64,000 nt of DNA from Podospora anserina (GCA_017654855.1 CM030333.1:2666001-2730000), one strand, 5' to 3'; shown: positions 14,144 through 28,037, counted from the stretch's first letter. Numbers and translations: made by a program. Notes: generated from the sequence alone by a model not told the origin.

Positions 14144-17100
14144 TCAGCCCATCAACCCCATCTCATTCTGCGCCATAAACGTCCTCGCCAGCTCATCCCC
14201 TCCCCTCTCGGCCGCCTCCATCCAGTGAATAGCCAGGCACATCAGCGCCGGATCACTCCTGACATCCCCCACCCCGCCGCCGCCGCCAGAACCAGCTCCC
14301 GGCGCCTCTTCCTTGTTTGCACCCGCAACACCGCCCATGCCTTGCATCCTTGCCTGGGCAATCCCAGGGTGATACCTCCCCGAGCCACCACCCCCAGACC
14401 TGCCACCATACTTCTCAATAACCGCCTGCTTGAACACCTCTCTAGGCTTGCTAAGCGGCAGCGTCGTCCTCTCTACCAACTCCGGATTGGACAGGTAAAA
14501 GATGGCAAGCTCTCTCTGCGCAGTCGGGATGCCCTCCTTGGCAGTAATAGTCCACATCCTCGCCGCATCAGCAAGCGAATGCGTCGACAGCGGCAGCGGG
14601 CTCGGGGGCGGCGACGGTGGCGAAAGTGGCTCCCCGCCGGCAGACAAAATCCCAGAGTTGTCCGACGCGGTACTGCCTGGTCCAGAACGGGAGGGAGCAC
14701 CCAATCCACCCCCCCTTGACTGCGTATAATTCTTGACTATATCATCCGCCACTTCCACCATGGTCCGGCAGACATCTTGCTTGAGGTTCAGTGCCGCAAT
14801 ACTGGCATCCCAAAAGGCCTTCCCACGCTCCGTCTTGTCCAAGATGGACGACGGGACAAAAGCAGCGATGAACTGCAGGTCGCGGAAGAGGGTCTTGGGT
14901 CGGATGTTGGCGTCACGGAAGAGCATCTGGAGGATGTTGGCAATCGCATTTTCGTTGGCTGGGTGGACCGAGGCGATTGATCGCGTTTCCATGTTACCCC
15001 CTCCACCTGGGGTTCGTCCTCTTGGTGCGCTGTCAAACGGTGGCGCCTGCATCATGGTGTGGGAGCGACGCTCTTTGACATTGTCAAGTGTCTCTTCTAA
15101 TGGCTGGGGACGGCCTCCGGTGCCGTGCTCGTCGGTCGCCGAGGAGGCTGAGCCCATGTCTGATCGAGCCCACGCCAGGCGTGCACGTCGAGATCCTGAA
15201 TTCAAGGAGGCGATGATGAGGTGTTCAAGCTCATAGAGCGCGTTGAGCTTGACCATCGGGTTCGGATGAACACAAAACATATTCAGGAGCCGCCTGTAGG
15301 CCTTGGTAAAGGGAAACTCGGGCATGGAATCCTTCTTTGATTCTCGGTGGGATCGAATGGTCTCGTTAGTTGCCGAGCTCTCGTTGCCGTGGACACTGCC
15401 GCCGTGTACGCTCCCACGATGAGAACCGCCATGATGACTTCCGTGATGGCTGCCAACGCTCTGGGTATCGGATAAGGCCTTCTCGCTAAGATCTCCTGTA
15501 CTTCTCTTCCTCTCAAGCACCCGGCGTTCCAGTCCAGATCTGGCCGACCTCCTCTTTTCCTTGACCTGCGCCTTGCGGGCACGGCGCTGGATTGCTTCAC
15601 GCCTGTCAATACACTCCTGCCCCAAGCCTTCAAACCACGCGTCTGTTTCTGAACCACGGGCAAAGACAAGGTTACCCAAATCGGAAAGCAAGAGACTGGT
15701 CAACGTCTGCTTCAACTCTGTGAGGAAGCGGGACTTTTCTTCAGAGAGTCGCTGTTGGTACACTGTCTCATTGGATGAGATGGAAGTCCCTGGACGACCC
15801 GCTGAGTGATGGGAAGGGAGCGGCTGATGGTTTGGTGGATGGAACGTAGCGGACAGGTTGGTAACGCTAGTAGTGGGCGAGTGGGCTCTTGACACAGCGC
15901 TGGGAGAGGTGGCACGGTGTTGGAATGGGGACCAGTAGGTAGCGTTGGGGTCAATCTGGTGAACTGGTGATGAGGCACCAAAATACTCCGGGCCGTCTAG
16001 AACCTCAGACATGGCAGTGCTAGCCCGCGAGAAGCTGAAACGGCTGGACGTGTCAAAGGATAAGACGCTCATGTTCTGACCTGACACGGCTCGTAATCCC
16101 CTGTCAGAAAGGGAAGGAGGCCTGCTGGCGGATCGGAACCTGTTCTCCGGGTCGCTGATGACACTGACCGAATCATCCCAGACTGACATGTTGTCCCGAT
16201 CCCGATCCCTACCAGGTTTGCTTGTCTCGTGGGTACGGCGATCTCGGGCGTAGAGCTCGCTAGACCACAGAACGGGTCCATCGATGATGCTATCCCCGAC
16301 AAGCTTGCTCACACAGTTGTCAACTTCGCAGGTGAAGCGGTGTATACGCTCCTCGCCCTGGCAGAAATTCTCCACCCCACACTGCTGCAGCCAGCGGCTT
16401 GTTTTCTCAGCTTGCTCATCGCGAAGCTTGTTGGGGCCGCCTTGGTCCTCTGGTGCCGCCAGCAGGTCGAGGATCTGCGATTCGGTGCGGAAGATGTAGT
16501 TGGACGCAGGGCCGCGTTGCATTAGACTCTTGATGCGCTGGAAGGAGTTCCACCTGCGAGGCACGCCCATCGTCTTCAACGCCACGGCAACGTTCCGCGA
16601 GTCCTCGTACGGAGCCGAGTTGCGCACGTCTGTAACGTACCACATCTTATCCCGGAGAGCACGCAAGCGGCGCATCATACTCTCAATGAGACCTTCTGCG
16701 CGCTCCTGGCTCTGCTTGAGCCATACAAGCCAGGCGTCATATATCTCGATTGCCGCCGCTGACCGACGGATCGAATCACGAGGACCCCTCGAGAAGATGT
16801 TCAACAAGGTGGCAAATCCATCTTTACGAAGTGAGTCAGAGCCCAGCGCGTTGAGTTGCTGCAAAGTCCTCCAGTAAAGGTGTGCAGAAACGAAATCCGA
16901 CTGGGCGCGAGATTGCGAGCAGGCTGCTGTCAACATGGCAATGAGCGGCGAGGAATCAGCTGAGTCTTCGAGTCCTTTCCCTTTGTTGTTCTCCGGCGGG
17001 CTGTCTGCGACGCTACTGGCGATACTTGCTGCTCGCTGGCGATAGGGGTTTCGGCTGCCCATTGTTGTGATGACCCGGTTCTTGGACCGGTACTTCTTCA

Positions 17101-19785
17101 AAGTGGATGAGGCACGATTGCTGAATGTTTGCTTCTTGGCACCGTCATTTTCAAGATTTTGAGGAATCTCATATTCCTGTACAAGCTTCAGAATCGAATC
17201 TCGGAGCTGGTGATAGTCCTTGTCAAGTTCTGGTCGGTCATCTTCGGTGTCTTCACCCTCGGTGTCGCTAGTCTCTGAGGAGTTCTCGTCCTCCGGGTCG
17301 TCATCTGGATCAAACGTCATTTGGGTAGAAAGCTGTGTTCCGTCGCCTGAGATGAACAGCACCGCCCACCGTTCGGCACAAGGGTGGCAGAGGCCATACA
17401 CAACATCTTGGCCCAAGGCTTGGGTCATCTCATGTATGGCCAAGCGAAGCCGATATCCGTCTTCTTCATAGTTGCTGTTCTGCGGCTGCTGCTTTGGGGT
17501 GCCTAGATCTGGAATCGGGGGCGAATAGCGCGGTGGGCTGCCATCTTCTAAAAGGGGTTCTCGAGAAGTCGTGGCATCGCTGATGAAGGACTCGGCACTT
17601 GTGCTGATGACAGACATGGTGTCAAAGTTAGTGCTTGGCGCCGTCCTGACCGACATTGGCTGTGAGATGGCTGAGAAGCCCGAGACCGAAGGTGCCCCTG
17701 AGCGCAAGCTACCGGAATGCGCTGACCGCGGTCTGCGTTCGGGGAAGAGGGCGTTGATCAATGTCGTAAGGTCAGCTGGACTAACAACCAAATGGGGGTG
17801 AACTTCGGCTGTCTCTCTTAGAGAGGTGATGGACCTGGCAGGCAAAAGGCGTGGCTTCTTCTTGAACTTGGAGGAGTCCTTGAACCGGAGGTAAATGTTT
17901 TCGATATGTTTTTTAATCTTTGGCGGTGTTGAAACAGGGGTTTTGCTCGTCAGCATGTCCACGACAAACTTCTGGGCGTGCATGGCCACGGTTTTCAAGA
18001 TCTTTTGCCGGCCATATTCAGTAATGTGATATTCGGCCATCATGCCATAGGCTTCGGGGTGAATAATGACCCCGAGCAACCAGTTCGTAAAGAGATATTT
18101 GGTAATCAACCAGCGGCGGGTGCTTTCGACATACTTCTTGTCCAGACGCTTCAGCATTTCTGTGCCGAGCTCGATCAGCCCCTCCGGAATGCCGGTCGTA
18201 TCCTCGTCATCAATAACCTCGAAAAGCTCCTCGACAGCTCTGGCATAGAATTCCTCGGCCGCAATCTGGTCTTTGGAAGACCAATCCGAGATGTTGAACC
18301 GGGTTCCGTGCTGGTCTTCGGCGCGGTCGAGCAAAAAGGCTCCATCCTCGAGGATTTTCATAAGGTACCATTCCATGTTGGATTTTCCGGCCCAGTCACG
18401 CAAAGAGATCCAAACATTGAGCACGGCAGTGACGGTCTGTTCACTCCCCGTCTTCTGGCCTGAGATCAATCGAGCGCACGTGGTGGCCCATGTTTCGGTT
18501 CGGCGTTTGTCTTCGGCGCTGTCTGGTCCTGCGGAATTAGCAAAACAGGTGTAAATCAGAGCTGAGATGGGGTCGTGTCGCTGGAAGGAAAGAAGTCGTT
18601 CTATGGCACTGCGCTCCTTGCCCAGGCCGTTGGATGCTCCAAATCCCGAACCGGACAGGGTACCTGAGCCACCCGAGGCAACACGGGTGGACGTGCGGCT
18701 GCCGTGATACGGGAGGACGGATTCGATGGGCTCCAGGGCTTGGTGAAAGCTAGTAAGCGCAGTGAGCTCCGAACTATTCAACGATGAGATGCGCGTTGCC
18801 AGGTAGTCGGGGTTCGTCCTGATCTGGTTCAAGAAAGTCAAAAACGTCTCTCTAGCGGACGCAGAGAGCTCGCTCAAAAACGGACTGGAGGTTCCAGAGG
18901 CAGGTTTAGCACCAGAGACCGATCCTGTAGGAGTGTCCAAGCTGTCAGATGAAGTCAAGCCAGGGGACTGCAGAAGCTCCATCTCTGGCTCCAATAATGC
19001 ATAGCGGCGGGTTTCGTCGCAGCTTTTCCGAACATCGATGACGGCATTGAAAAGAGCAGCAAAGCCCTTCTTGTCGTCCCCGCGGAAGCTGTCCACCAAG
19101 GTTCTGTGGGCCGCCTCGCCACATCTCATCAGACGAGCAGACAAGGCGGTGGAAATCAAGCTTCTCTGAAGACGGATGCGAGTGTTTGCGCGCTTGCGCT
19201 CTTGGTACTTGGATAGGCGCACCAGGTGAGCTAGCTCCTCCAAAGTGGTCCTGTCCTCCACCGGGGCCAGAGAGGGGGTGGTATAGATAGATGTATCCTT
19301 CAGCAAGGGCCGTAAAAAGTTCATCTTCCCAAGCTTGTCGTCCGGTCCCGAGTCCAAGCTGTCGGAGGAGTCGTGGGGCGGCTGCATCGGCACAGGTGCG
19401 GTGGCCTGGTCGATGATGGGCTTCTGAACAGACGAGCGCCTGGACAGGTCATCGGAGCGCCGCACAGAGGACGTCATGGTATCTCTTGCCAAACGGGACG
19501 GGCTTCTGGACCTATTGCGCCTCGAATGGGAGATCTCGACATGGTTGTCGGACGGGGTCGGGGTGGGTGAGCGTGAAGCAGGCGTTGCAGTATTCGACCG
19601 AGCTGGACTCCCAGACATGGCAGTTAGCATGTGGGCCTCCTCTTGTCTTGTTCTTGACCGGTGACCAGTCCCGTTTCCAACATACACGGTGTCGGGCGAA
19701 TAGCGACGGGCGACTCAAGAGAACGCTGCATGGATATCATAATGGGCCCATGAGGGGGCTCGAGTCGAGGGTTGCGATCGCCCAT
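14144..19785 (-). CDS. Large (~1850 aa) fungal protein of unknown function; possible RasGAP-like N-terminal region and Sel1-like C-terminal helices
   Basis: 5.5-kb open frame. The track start is GTG. A 100-nt exon from ATG 19785 (MGDRNPRLEPP...) plus a GTATGT/GCTAAC/CAG intron at 19603-19685 splices in frame. Domain calls are inference. Confidence 0.85.
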
Positions 19786-22700
19786 GTACTACCAGCCGAG
19801 TGCTGATAGCTGTGGGAAGGACCGCTCGACTCGGAAAAAACGCGAGGGCGGGTGGAGTGCGGTCTCGTGGTGTTTATGGACAAATCGGGCGCCGGGTTGG
19901 GCTGGAGGTTGTATACACAGAGAGCAGGCGGGGGAGGGGCCGAGGCTGGACGAATACAAGATATCAATCAATCGGCAGCAACAAATAGTGGGTAACAACA
20001 GCAGCAGCAACGGCGACGACGAGAGCCGCTGCGAGGACAGTTATGTATGTATAGGTAGCTCGAGCCTCGGTCGACTTGCGACTGGGAACGGGGTGGCCTC
20101 TTTCAAGAGTGCCGCGAGAACATGGTCTCGTCAGTCAACAAATTAAAGGAGGGGCGCGTGTTGGCGGGCGATCTTGACGATGACGGGAAAGGTGGTGGAA
20201 GCGTTGGGGAAACTCTATGGAACGGGTGACGTTGCGATGAGGCGCTGCTAGGTAGGGGACGAGGTAGGAGGTAGGTGTCGGGAGAGGGAGTTTGTCTCTG
20301 GCTGTCCTGTCTCATGAGAGAGAGAGCGAGAGGAGAGCTTCCCTCCCATCTCCATGCAGCTTCCCTGCCCTTCTTCCAGGTGTGTACATGTCGATGCAGT
20401 GGACGTCGAAGCGTGGGGTAGCGGGCTGGCCCAATTGGGTTACGCAGCCCATCTGCCCCATCACTTGCTGTCTCCACTTGACCTGTGTCAACCATACCCT
20501 GTGAGCTGGCTGGTCAACTGCGCCATCCACTCTGCATCTACAACTGCACCCGTCCCCGCGACACTGGCCTCTTGGTCCTGCTGGTGCTGCTGCTGCTGCC
20601 CGACTCGTGCCCCTTACTTCAGCTCTGCTTTCCCGCCTGCCGCCTGCGCGTCTTCTTCCTTCTGCGTCATAAGACTCAAGAAAGCTCAAGAGGGCCTCCA
20701 CCTCACCTCTCACCGTCTCATACCGACTCTCGCCGAAAGCGGTCATGGTGAGTGCCAACACACCCGCCAGCAAAGAGTAGACGCGCTCACGAGCGGAACC
20801 CCATCCCACCGCGCGTTCACAGTCCCGTCGTAGTGGTGGCGATGGAGACCTGACCATACCCATACGAAGTATACCTCAGTTGCCGCCTCCCCGAAACATA
20901 TTATGCGGGAAATTATTATTGTCTCCCTTCGCTGACGCCTCCCACCTCCCGTCCTGTTGCAATTTTTTTCCTGCTTCGATTCTTCACTTGATGCAGGAGG
21001 AGGGGTACGGAGTAGGGTAGGTCAGTCAGTCAGTCATCAACTCCCATGGCCACAGCCTGGTGCGCTGGCCTTGCAGCTCGCCCCGCCTTCCCTTTTGTCC
21101 AGGGACCCATTTTTGGCGGCCGGCGCAGTTCAAACGGTCCAATCTCCGCCCTCCACGACCCAAAAACCACCCGGACGGAACCTGCCCGCATCGTGAGCCC
21201 AGCATTCGCCTGGTCTGCTTCAAGATGCCAACTCAGCTTCCCATCGTCCCATCACCAATCATTCCCCGCCACTATTTCAAGCATGCGTCAACCTGTTTCC
21301 TTCCTGGCCTTGGGATCCCGCGATTCAGGGGCGATCCAGATCAATCCTCTCTCTCTGCCGCATGCTGTACATACGGCACATGCTACCTACTGCTACGGCG
21401 AGAACCGCCCACCCCCCGAGGGTCTGGTTTGACAGGCTGACCAGTCCCATCCATTGGCTTCGCTTTTCTGGTGTCACGAGATCATTCAGGTGCCCATCTT
21501 GGATCATCTCTTCGATGTGTAGCCATGGCCCAACCCCTACCCTGATAGGGACCCAAACCTAGGCGCGAGAACGGTGAGGTCTGATCTCAGGAACCACACC
21601 ACCTCAACAAGGCGATGAGATGAACTAGTGGCCTAGGGCGAGACAACTTACCACGCGTACCTGGACGATCTGTTGTTCCCCAACCCACCGTGCAAAACAC
21701 AGCGGGGCCTCATACTTTAACGCACCATCTAAGGCAGGTCCCTGATGCTAGGTACCAAGTAAGATAACCACACACCTCTGTCGGCTTCCGGAAAGCGAAG
21801 CAATCCATTTATTGTCTTTCTGCATCTCTAGGCCGAGTGGCTGCTGGCTTTCTTTTCTGAGAAGATGCAGCTCGCCATTGGTCTGCCGGCTGCCGACTAT
21901 CAGGGGTTTCAAATCGCTTCATATCCAACCATTTCAACTGGGTTGAGCTGGATCTTAGCTCGTATCGCCCTGTGTGGACAGATTCGTCTTTTTTTCTCGG
22001 GCGGCTGTGGTAAATGACACAACTGTAGCTCTTGTTATGTCGTGCATATTCTCACAAAGCGTCACAACGACACCCCCTTTCAGCTTTCCCATGATTTTGT
22101 TCTGGTTGTTTTATTTTCATCTGAACCTGTAATTCCGGTATCACTGCTGCTTGTTCCCTTGTGGATGTGTAAGACAACAGGCCACGAGGTCGTCAGACGG
22201 GTCATGGGTGGGTGGTTTAACGTAGGACGAGGAATCCCTCGACACCACGGCCAGCAACGTAGACAGCTTTACAAGAAGAAGAAAAATGCGAGGTATCCGA
22301 TGCGCTGGACATGCACCTCGCCCAGTTTGGTCTTTTCTAGAGCGTCACAACAGGAAACAAGAAAGAAAGGGGTCGCCGGTGTGTGTGTGTGGTGTCGTGT
22401 CTGTGTATGTGAGTTGAGTATCTCTGTGATAGGTACTTTGGACCACGAGTGTGCAGTGCGAAGGATATCAGCTGGGTACAAGTGTAAGGCTTGAGATGGG
22501 GAATTTCCATGACGGTGTTTTGTCCAGTTGGTGTAAGCGAGGAACCTCTCTGCACAAATACATCTTGGTTGTGGGAGTGTATCAGATGGCAGGACTGCCA
22601 GAGCTGTATGATGATATCTCTCCAGAACAAGTGAGCTGTCGGTATATAATACTATGGCATTAAAGCTACCTACCCACGTTCTCAGAACGAGATATTTCTG

Positions 22701-23530
22701 AAGCTGATACATGCGTGTCCTTGAGCAAGTTACACAAAACCTGGTCAATATAACAACCACACCAGAACAGGGTAGCAATTATCGATATCCCTGCACACTT
22801 CGCAGAACCATCTACTCTTCCAATAAAAACCCAATCAAAGCCCCCCCGAGGGAGAATATCTCTACATGACATACATACAGTACATAACTCAGGTACAAAG
22901 CATCCATGGATCTTTTCCACCACCCCCTTCCCCACCCACAACCACCAGCCAACCGCCCTCAGTTAAAACCACCCAGACGTGGCCACTCTGGAGCAGCTAA
23001 ACGCTGGCATACATAATACATCATGCAAGTGAGATCTCATTCGTTTTGACCTACACATAAACCCCAAAAAGCATGTCAGCAAGAAGAAAACAAAACCCGC
23101 CAGCTCACACACATGGTTCGACACCCGCCCCCGCGCCCCATATCCGCCAGCGCAGGTCGCATATCCGGCCGCATGAGCAATTGTCCCATCTGCCACCCAT
23201 TTCCATTTCCCTCCCCCACCCCCTCTCCCTCTCACTTCACCCTTCAAAGCTGGCCCAAGATTATCCCATCTCACAAAGAGAAAAAAAACAAGCCATATGA
23301 CTTCAGGTTCACAGCCATGCACCGGCTCCTGGTACCCTCCGTCCCAATGCCATCTCTGTTACCTCATCCTCCCTCCACCAGCACATCACACCTCATCAAA
23401 ACACCCCAAAATGAAATCAAGGTGACTTTACAACTATGCACCAGCCCTCCAGAACTCCTTCCAGATGATACTACACACGCAAATCCATTCCATTTCTCAA
23501 AATCTCTTCCTACATCCACACCTAACCCCC

Positions 23531-25456
23531 TTAATCCCCCCTCCCAAACCTGATATCAAAATCCTTCAAAACACTCATAATACTCGCCGCCTCAACCTCA
23601 ATAGGCGCCAACCTCTGCCCCCCACCATTCCTCCCCCCCCCTTGTCCACCGCTCCCCGGCCTGGGAACCGGCAGCGCCTTCAACTTGGGCAGCCAAGTCC
23701 CAATCTCATCCGCCGCCTGATCAAAATGCCTGTGACTAGCCAGCGTCTTATACGCCTCAGCACAAGACAGCGCCAAAGGGAAACCTGACTCTGACGCAGA
23801 AGTCTGCATAGGAGGAAGCGGCTGCGGTGCGGCAGATTGAGAAGCGTCGCTGTTGCCAGACTTGCAACATCCACCTCCTGGTCCAGCACCGCCGCAGCAC
23901 CCACCACCACCGCTGGCTCCCGGGTTGTTCTTCTCAAAGTTGGCTGCTAGGGACCTACAAAAGAGGCCTGACTTGGGATCGGAAAGACACTGAGCGCAGG
24001 TACCCGGGCCGTTGGGGCCGCACCGACTCCCGGAGGGCTTGGCTTGGGTGGCGTTGGAGTTGGTAGAAGAGCGGTTCTGGTTTGCCCGTGGACCAGGAAG
24101 CTTGATAGCACCGGTGGCGGTCACTTCCATAGGTATTGGGACGACATCGTCCTCTGATGGCGGTGGTGTGTGAGTCTGTGTTTGCTCGGCAACTGATGGT
24201 AGTGGTTGTTGGAAGGACATGGGGTTCATGAGAGCCTCAGCACACATGCAGTATGTTCCATCCTTGCAGAAGCCGCACGAGTCCCTAGCCTCAAGCGACA
24301 TCATGGGCTGTAAAGACTGTGGTGGTGGTTGGGTGACCATTGGAAGTGACATTCTGTTGTCCTTAGCAAACATGGCGGTAAAGTCTGTTTCCATAGGTAT
24401 TCCAGCATCCGAACGATGCCGTTTCTCCTCGGGTGCCGAAGGTGGTGAGCTTGGTGAGTGCGGTCGTTTGAGGTCGGACATTCTGAGGGCTTCCTCCAAA
24501 CATTCGCAGCTTGACCCAAGTGTGCATTTTCCACATCCCATCGCTGTGTCGGTGTCTTGAAGCACAGCTTCAGCACATGCACATGACCCAAATGCTTGAC
24601 AGCCACCACACCCTAGAGGCGCCATCATTTCGTCGGGAGGGGAGATGATGTTGGAGATGGAAAATGGTTGAGTGGTTGGTCGGGGTTCCGCAATGGGCAC
24701 AGCACTTGGCCCCGAGCTCTTCGGCGGAGCAGGCTGCAAAGGTCGTCTGGGCTGTGAGATATTGGCAAGTGGATTCGTTTGAGGCTGTATTGGTGCCGGA
24801 AGACGTCCATGATTTCCAGTTGACGAAGGTGACTGAGAATCCCATGCTGATAACATTGAGTTGCGTTCTTGTCTCTCCTTGTCAAGCTGTGACTGCAACC
24901 ACTGGCAACGAGATCGTAGTGTCTGTCTCTCGGCCTCCAGGTGATTGATACGCTCCTGAAATTCCTGGACGACCCGGTCGTGCTCTTCCTTCTGCTCATC
25001 CAATTGCTCCTCCAGCTCCCCAACCCGAGCAGCCCTACGCTCACGAAAGGCCCTCTGTGCAGCTCTGTTTTGAGCTTTGCGTTTGGTTGGTGGAGTGTCG
25101 GTGGCAGGTTTTCGACCTGGCTTGGGTCTGGGAGGAATGACCCACTCCTTGCTGGTCATGCTCATGGCCATAGGTTGTTGCCCTGGGCCCGGTGACATAA
25201 CTCCAGGCGACGCCATGTTCAAAGGGGTTGAGGCTTTGATGGAGGGTGGCCTGTTGGGTGCGTTTGGGCGGATGGCGATGGGAGGCGCTGACACGGAGGT
25301 TGACGATGTGGGAGTGGAGACGTTGGACGGAGAGGCCGCAGATGCGGGGGTGGAGGCAGGGCTGGAGGAATCTCTGCCGAGTGTCGTCGTGATGGAAAGA
25401 GTTCTTTTGTCGGTGTTCCCAAGCCCGACTGGGGAAGCAGCGGCAGCGGCAGCCAT
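23531..25456 (-). CDS. hapX: bZIP iron-homeostasis transcription factor HapX
   Basis: Hap4-like motif TSKEWVIPPRPKPGRKP, bZIP KRKAQNRAAQRAFRER, Cys-rich regions (CGGC, CGKC, CGFCKDGTYCMC, GPGTCAQC, GGCCGG). An in-frame upstream ATG also exists at 25642. Confidence 0.95.
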   Translation of the reverse strand: MAAAAAASPVGLGNTDKRTLSITTTLGRDSSSPASTPASAASPSNVSTPTSSTSVSAPPIAIRPNAPNRPPSIKASTPLNMASPGVMSPGPGQQPMAMSMTSKEWVIPPRPKPGRKPATDTPPTKRKAQNRAAQRAFRERRAARVGELEEQLDEQKEEHDRVVQEFQERINHLEAERQTLRSRCQWLQSQLDKERQERNSMLSAWDSQSPSSTGNHGRLPAPIQPQTNPLANISQPRRPLQPAPPKSSGPSAVPIAEPRPTTQPFSISNIISPPDEMMAPLGCGGCQAFGSCACAEAVLQDTDTAMGCGKCTLGSSCECLEEALRMSDLKRPHSPSSPPSAPEEKRHRSDAGIPMETDFTAMFAKDNRMSLPMVTQPPPQSLQPMMSLEARDSCGFCKDGTYCMCAEALMNPMSFQQPLPSVAEQTQTHTPPPSEDDVVPIPMEVTATGAIKLPGPRANQNRSSTNSNATQAKPSGSRCGPNGPGTCAQCLSDPKSGLFCRSLAANFEKNNPGASGGGGCCGGAGPGGGCCKSGNSDASQSAAPQPLPPMQTSASESGFPLALSCAEAYKTLASHRHFDQAADEIGTWLPKLKALPVPRPGSGGQGGGRNGGGQRLAPIEVEAASIMSVLKDFDIRFGRGD

Positions 25457-26895
25457 GATTACTGGCAACGGAATGATTTGACGGACCACGAGGGTTGGTG
25501 GTGCAGAGGTCGAGGACTGTACCGAACTAGTGGCAACTGACTGCAGGTTGCAGCCGAATTTTATGTCACCAGTAAAACGGGCTAGGGCCGACCGTTTAGG
25601 GAGTTCTCCTCGGTATCCGAAAGGCAGGGAGATGGCATTCAATGAGGAAGTCCAAGTTTGATGGTGTCGAACTGCGAGAATGGGTTGTCTGTAAATGCCG
25701 CTTTTGGTATGTGACGAGTCGCTCCGCAGTCAAGGAGAATTTTGACACGAGTGACTCCAAAGTTGTTCGCAAGATCACTTTAGATGGCGGCGTCTTGTTT
25801 GAGAAGGAGGTTGTGAGTGACACGTGATACTGTTCAATCGGTGTGCCGGCACAGGGTCAAGTATCGAGCTGACGATGACGATGACGCCGATGTTGTGGGA
25901 AGAGAATTTTGAGGGTCTTGATGCTGAAAAATTGAAGCAGACGGAGGAAAGGGTCTTCTTTTGCGTCAACCGAAGACGCCCGGGCTCAGTGTGGGCTAGC
26001 GAGGCCGGAGTTTTCGCCCAGGCCAAGGAGTCTGAGGGCTTTGATTCGGTAAAGGTTGAGAGATGGAGATGTCAGTCGGCCCACTGATTTGATTGATAAG
26101 ATTATAGGATCGCGCTAGATCCAAAGCGGCCTAGCGAGGGGTGGTGGTGCCATGCTTGCGTCAAGGAACCCCACGGTCGAAAGCTGAGAGAGGGTCACCG
26201 CTTCGACAGCAGATCCCAACCGGAACACGGATAATCACACAGTCATTACTTCGGTCACCACCGGAATCCGCTCGGTCTATCGCTTGATGATTCTGTGGTT
26301 CTCTGCTGAAGTTTTCTATTCAACATGGTAATTTTCCTTGGCGATTTGTCGAGCCGTTCAGTAGGCGAGCGATATCGGACATACTGCGACGTCTTTAGAA
26401 GACCATCAGCAACTAGCGCCCGGAAGTTCTGGTTCGCCCAGAAGGAAAGGCTGAAGAGGACACTCCTCGAGCTAATTGCTGCCCGTAAATCATGTGGGGG
26501 CTCTTGGAGCAAGCTTTGCCCAGGTGATTCAGGCGGGCCTCAAGAAGGCGTGCCTGACTGAGGTCAACTCGAATTCTGTGTATCTGTGTAAGAGAAGGGA
26601 GCTTGGGTCAATGCTGCCACCACAACTGAAAGAAAGCTGTATTAGCTACCAACATGATTTGGGGAATACCAACTTGAGTGTCTCATCGTGCCATCTGGTA
26701 TTATCCTCATATTCACAATATGGCTGACCGTTAACTCCAAGCTGTCATGCAGAGTTGCAACGCACGGGCCCAGCGTCCGCCAAGACATGGAACATGTCCA
26801 GAAGCCCAGCATCGCGGTCCGAAGTACCATCAACATTCTGTCAACCAAAATCAGCCAACTCCCACCGTCGACCACAAACAATAAAACCAACAAAA

Positions 26896-27894
26896 ATGGC
26901 CCAACTCGGCCTCCCCCCAAACTCCCGCCCAACATCCTCCTACTCAACCAACCTCAACCTCTACTCCCCCCCGTCCCCCAAATCCCAACTCCCCAGCCGC
27001 CGCTCCTCCCTCTCCTCCTCGGCCACCGACGACTTAGAAAACTCCTCCTCCCTTCCCTTCCCCGCCGCCCTCTCCCGTCGCGACTTTCTCGCTCCCGACT
27101 TCGACCCCGCAAGCTACCTCTCCACCCTTCACACCGGTGGCCCAGCCTCTCGGCATCAAACCCTCGAGGACCTGCGCTCTGAACTCCGCGATCGAAGCTC
27201 TGCTATCAGTGCCGAACTGCTTGAACTGGTCAACTCGAATTACACGGCCTTTCTTGGGCTAGGGGATGAGCTCAAGGGCGGGGAGGAGCGCGTCGAGGAT
27301 GTGAGAGTAGCACTTTTAGGTTTCCGAAGAGCGGTAGAGGAGGTTCAGTCTAGGGTTAGGGAGCGGAGGGTGGAAGTAGGGGGGCTGAATCAGGAGTTGA
27401 GGGATGTCAAGGGGGCGGTGGAGACGGGCAGGAAGATGCTCGAGTTGGATGAGAGGGTGAGCGGATTGGAGAAGCGATTGGCGGTAGGAGGGACGGGGCA
27501 GCAGCAGCAGCAGCAGAAAAGGGATGGAGATAGCAGTGATGAGGAGAATTGGGATGATGACGACGAGATTTTTGGGAGCGATGATGAGCAGACTCAGGAC
27601 GAAGACGGTGTGGAGTTTGTCAGTAGCAGGCCGGCGAAGCTAGCTGCTTTGGCGAGGGAGTGTGTGTATGTGGATGAACTGGCCGAGGCCATTGGTAGGG
27701 ATCTTCCGTTTGTGAAGAAGACTGACGAGAGGATATTTCGGTGTCGGAACACGATACTGCTCGACTTGAGCACAGCCGTAAGAGAAGCACGGAAAGCTGG
27801 AGTCAAAGGTCAGGGGCGTGTTATCAAACTGTTGGCGATTTACGGGGCCTTGGATGCGCAGGCGGAGGCTGTAAGGGTCCTGAGAGAGAAATGA
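26896..27894 (+). CDS. COG2: Conserved oligomeric Golgi complex subunit 2
   Basis: LPFPAALSRRDFLAPDFDPASYL...RHQTLEDLRSEL...LLELVNSNYTAFLGLG, typical of the fungal COG2 N-terminus. Confidence 0.85.
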   Translation: MAQLGLPPNSRPTSSYSTNLNLYSPPSPKSQLPSRRSSLSSSATDDLENSSSLPFPAALSRRDFLAPDFDPASYLSTLHTGGPASRHQTLEDLRSELRDRSSAISAELLELVNSNYTAFLGLGDELKGGEERVEDVRVALLGFRRAVEEVQSRVRERRVEVGGLNQELRDVKGAVETGRKMLELDERVSGLEKRLAVGGTGQQQQQQKRDGDSSDEENWDDDDEIFGSDDEQTQDEDGVEFVSSRPAKLAALARECVYVDELAEAIGRDLPFVKKTDERIFRCRNTILLDLSTAVREARKAGVKGQGRVIKLLAIYGALDAQAEAVRVLREK

Positions 27895-28037
27895 TGGTCT
27901 CAGTTCAAAATCCAGGGGGCATAAAAGGCGCAGAGCGACTGGCATCAAGATACCCAATTTTCCAGGATTTTTTTTTAACTTCATACAAGGATTATGATAC
28001 ATGGCATACATCTAATATACATTGAAAAACAACAAAA

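Noticed and set aside
19800-23500. Several 100-180 aa ORFs
   Set aside because: Low-complexity UTR/intergenic character with no domains
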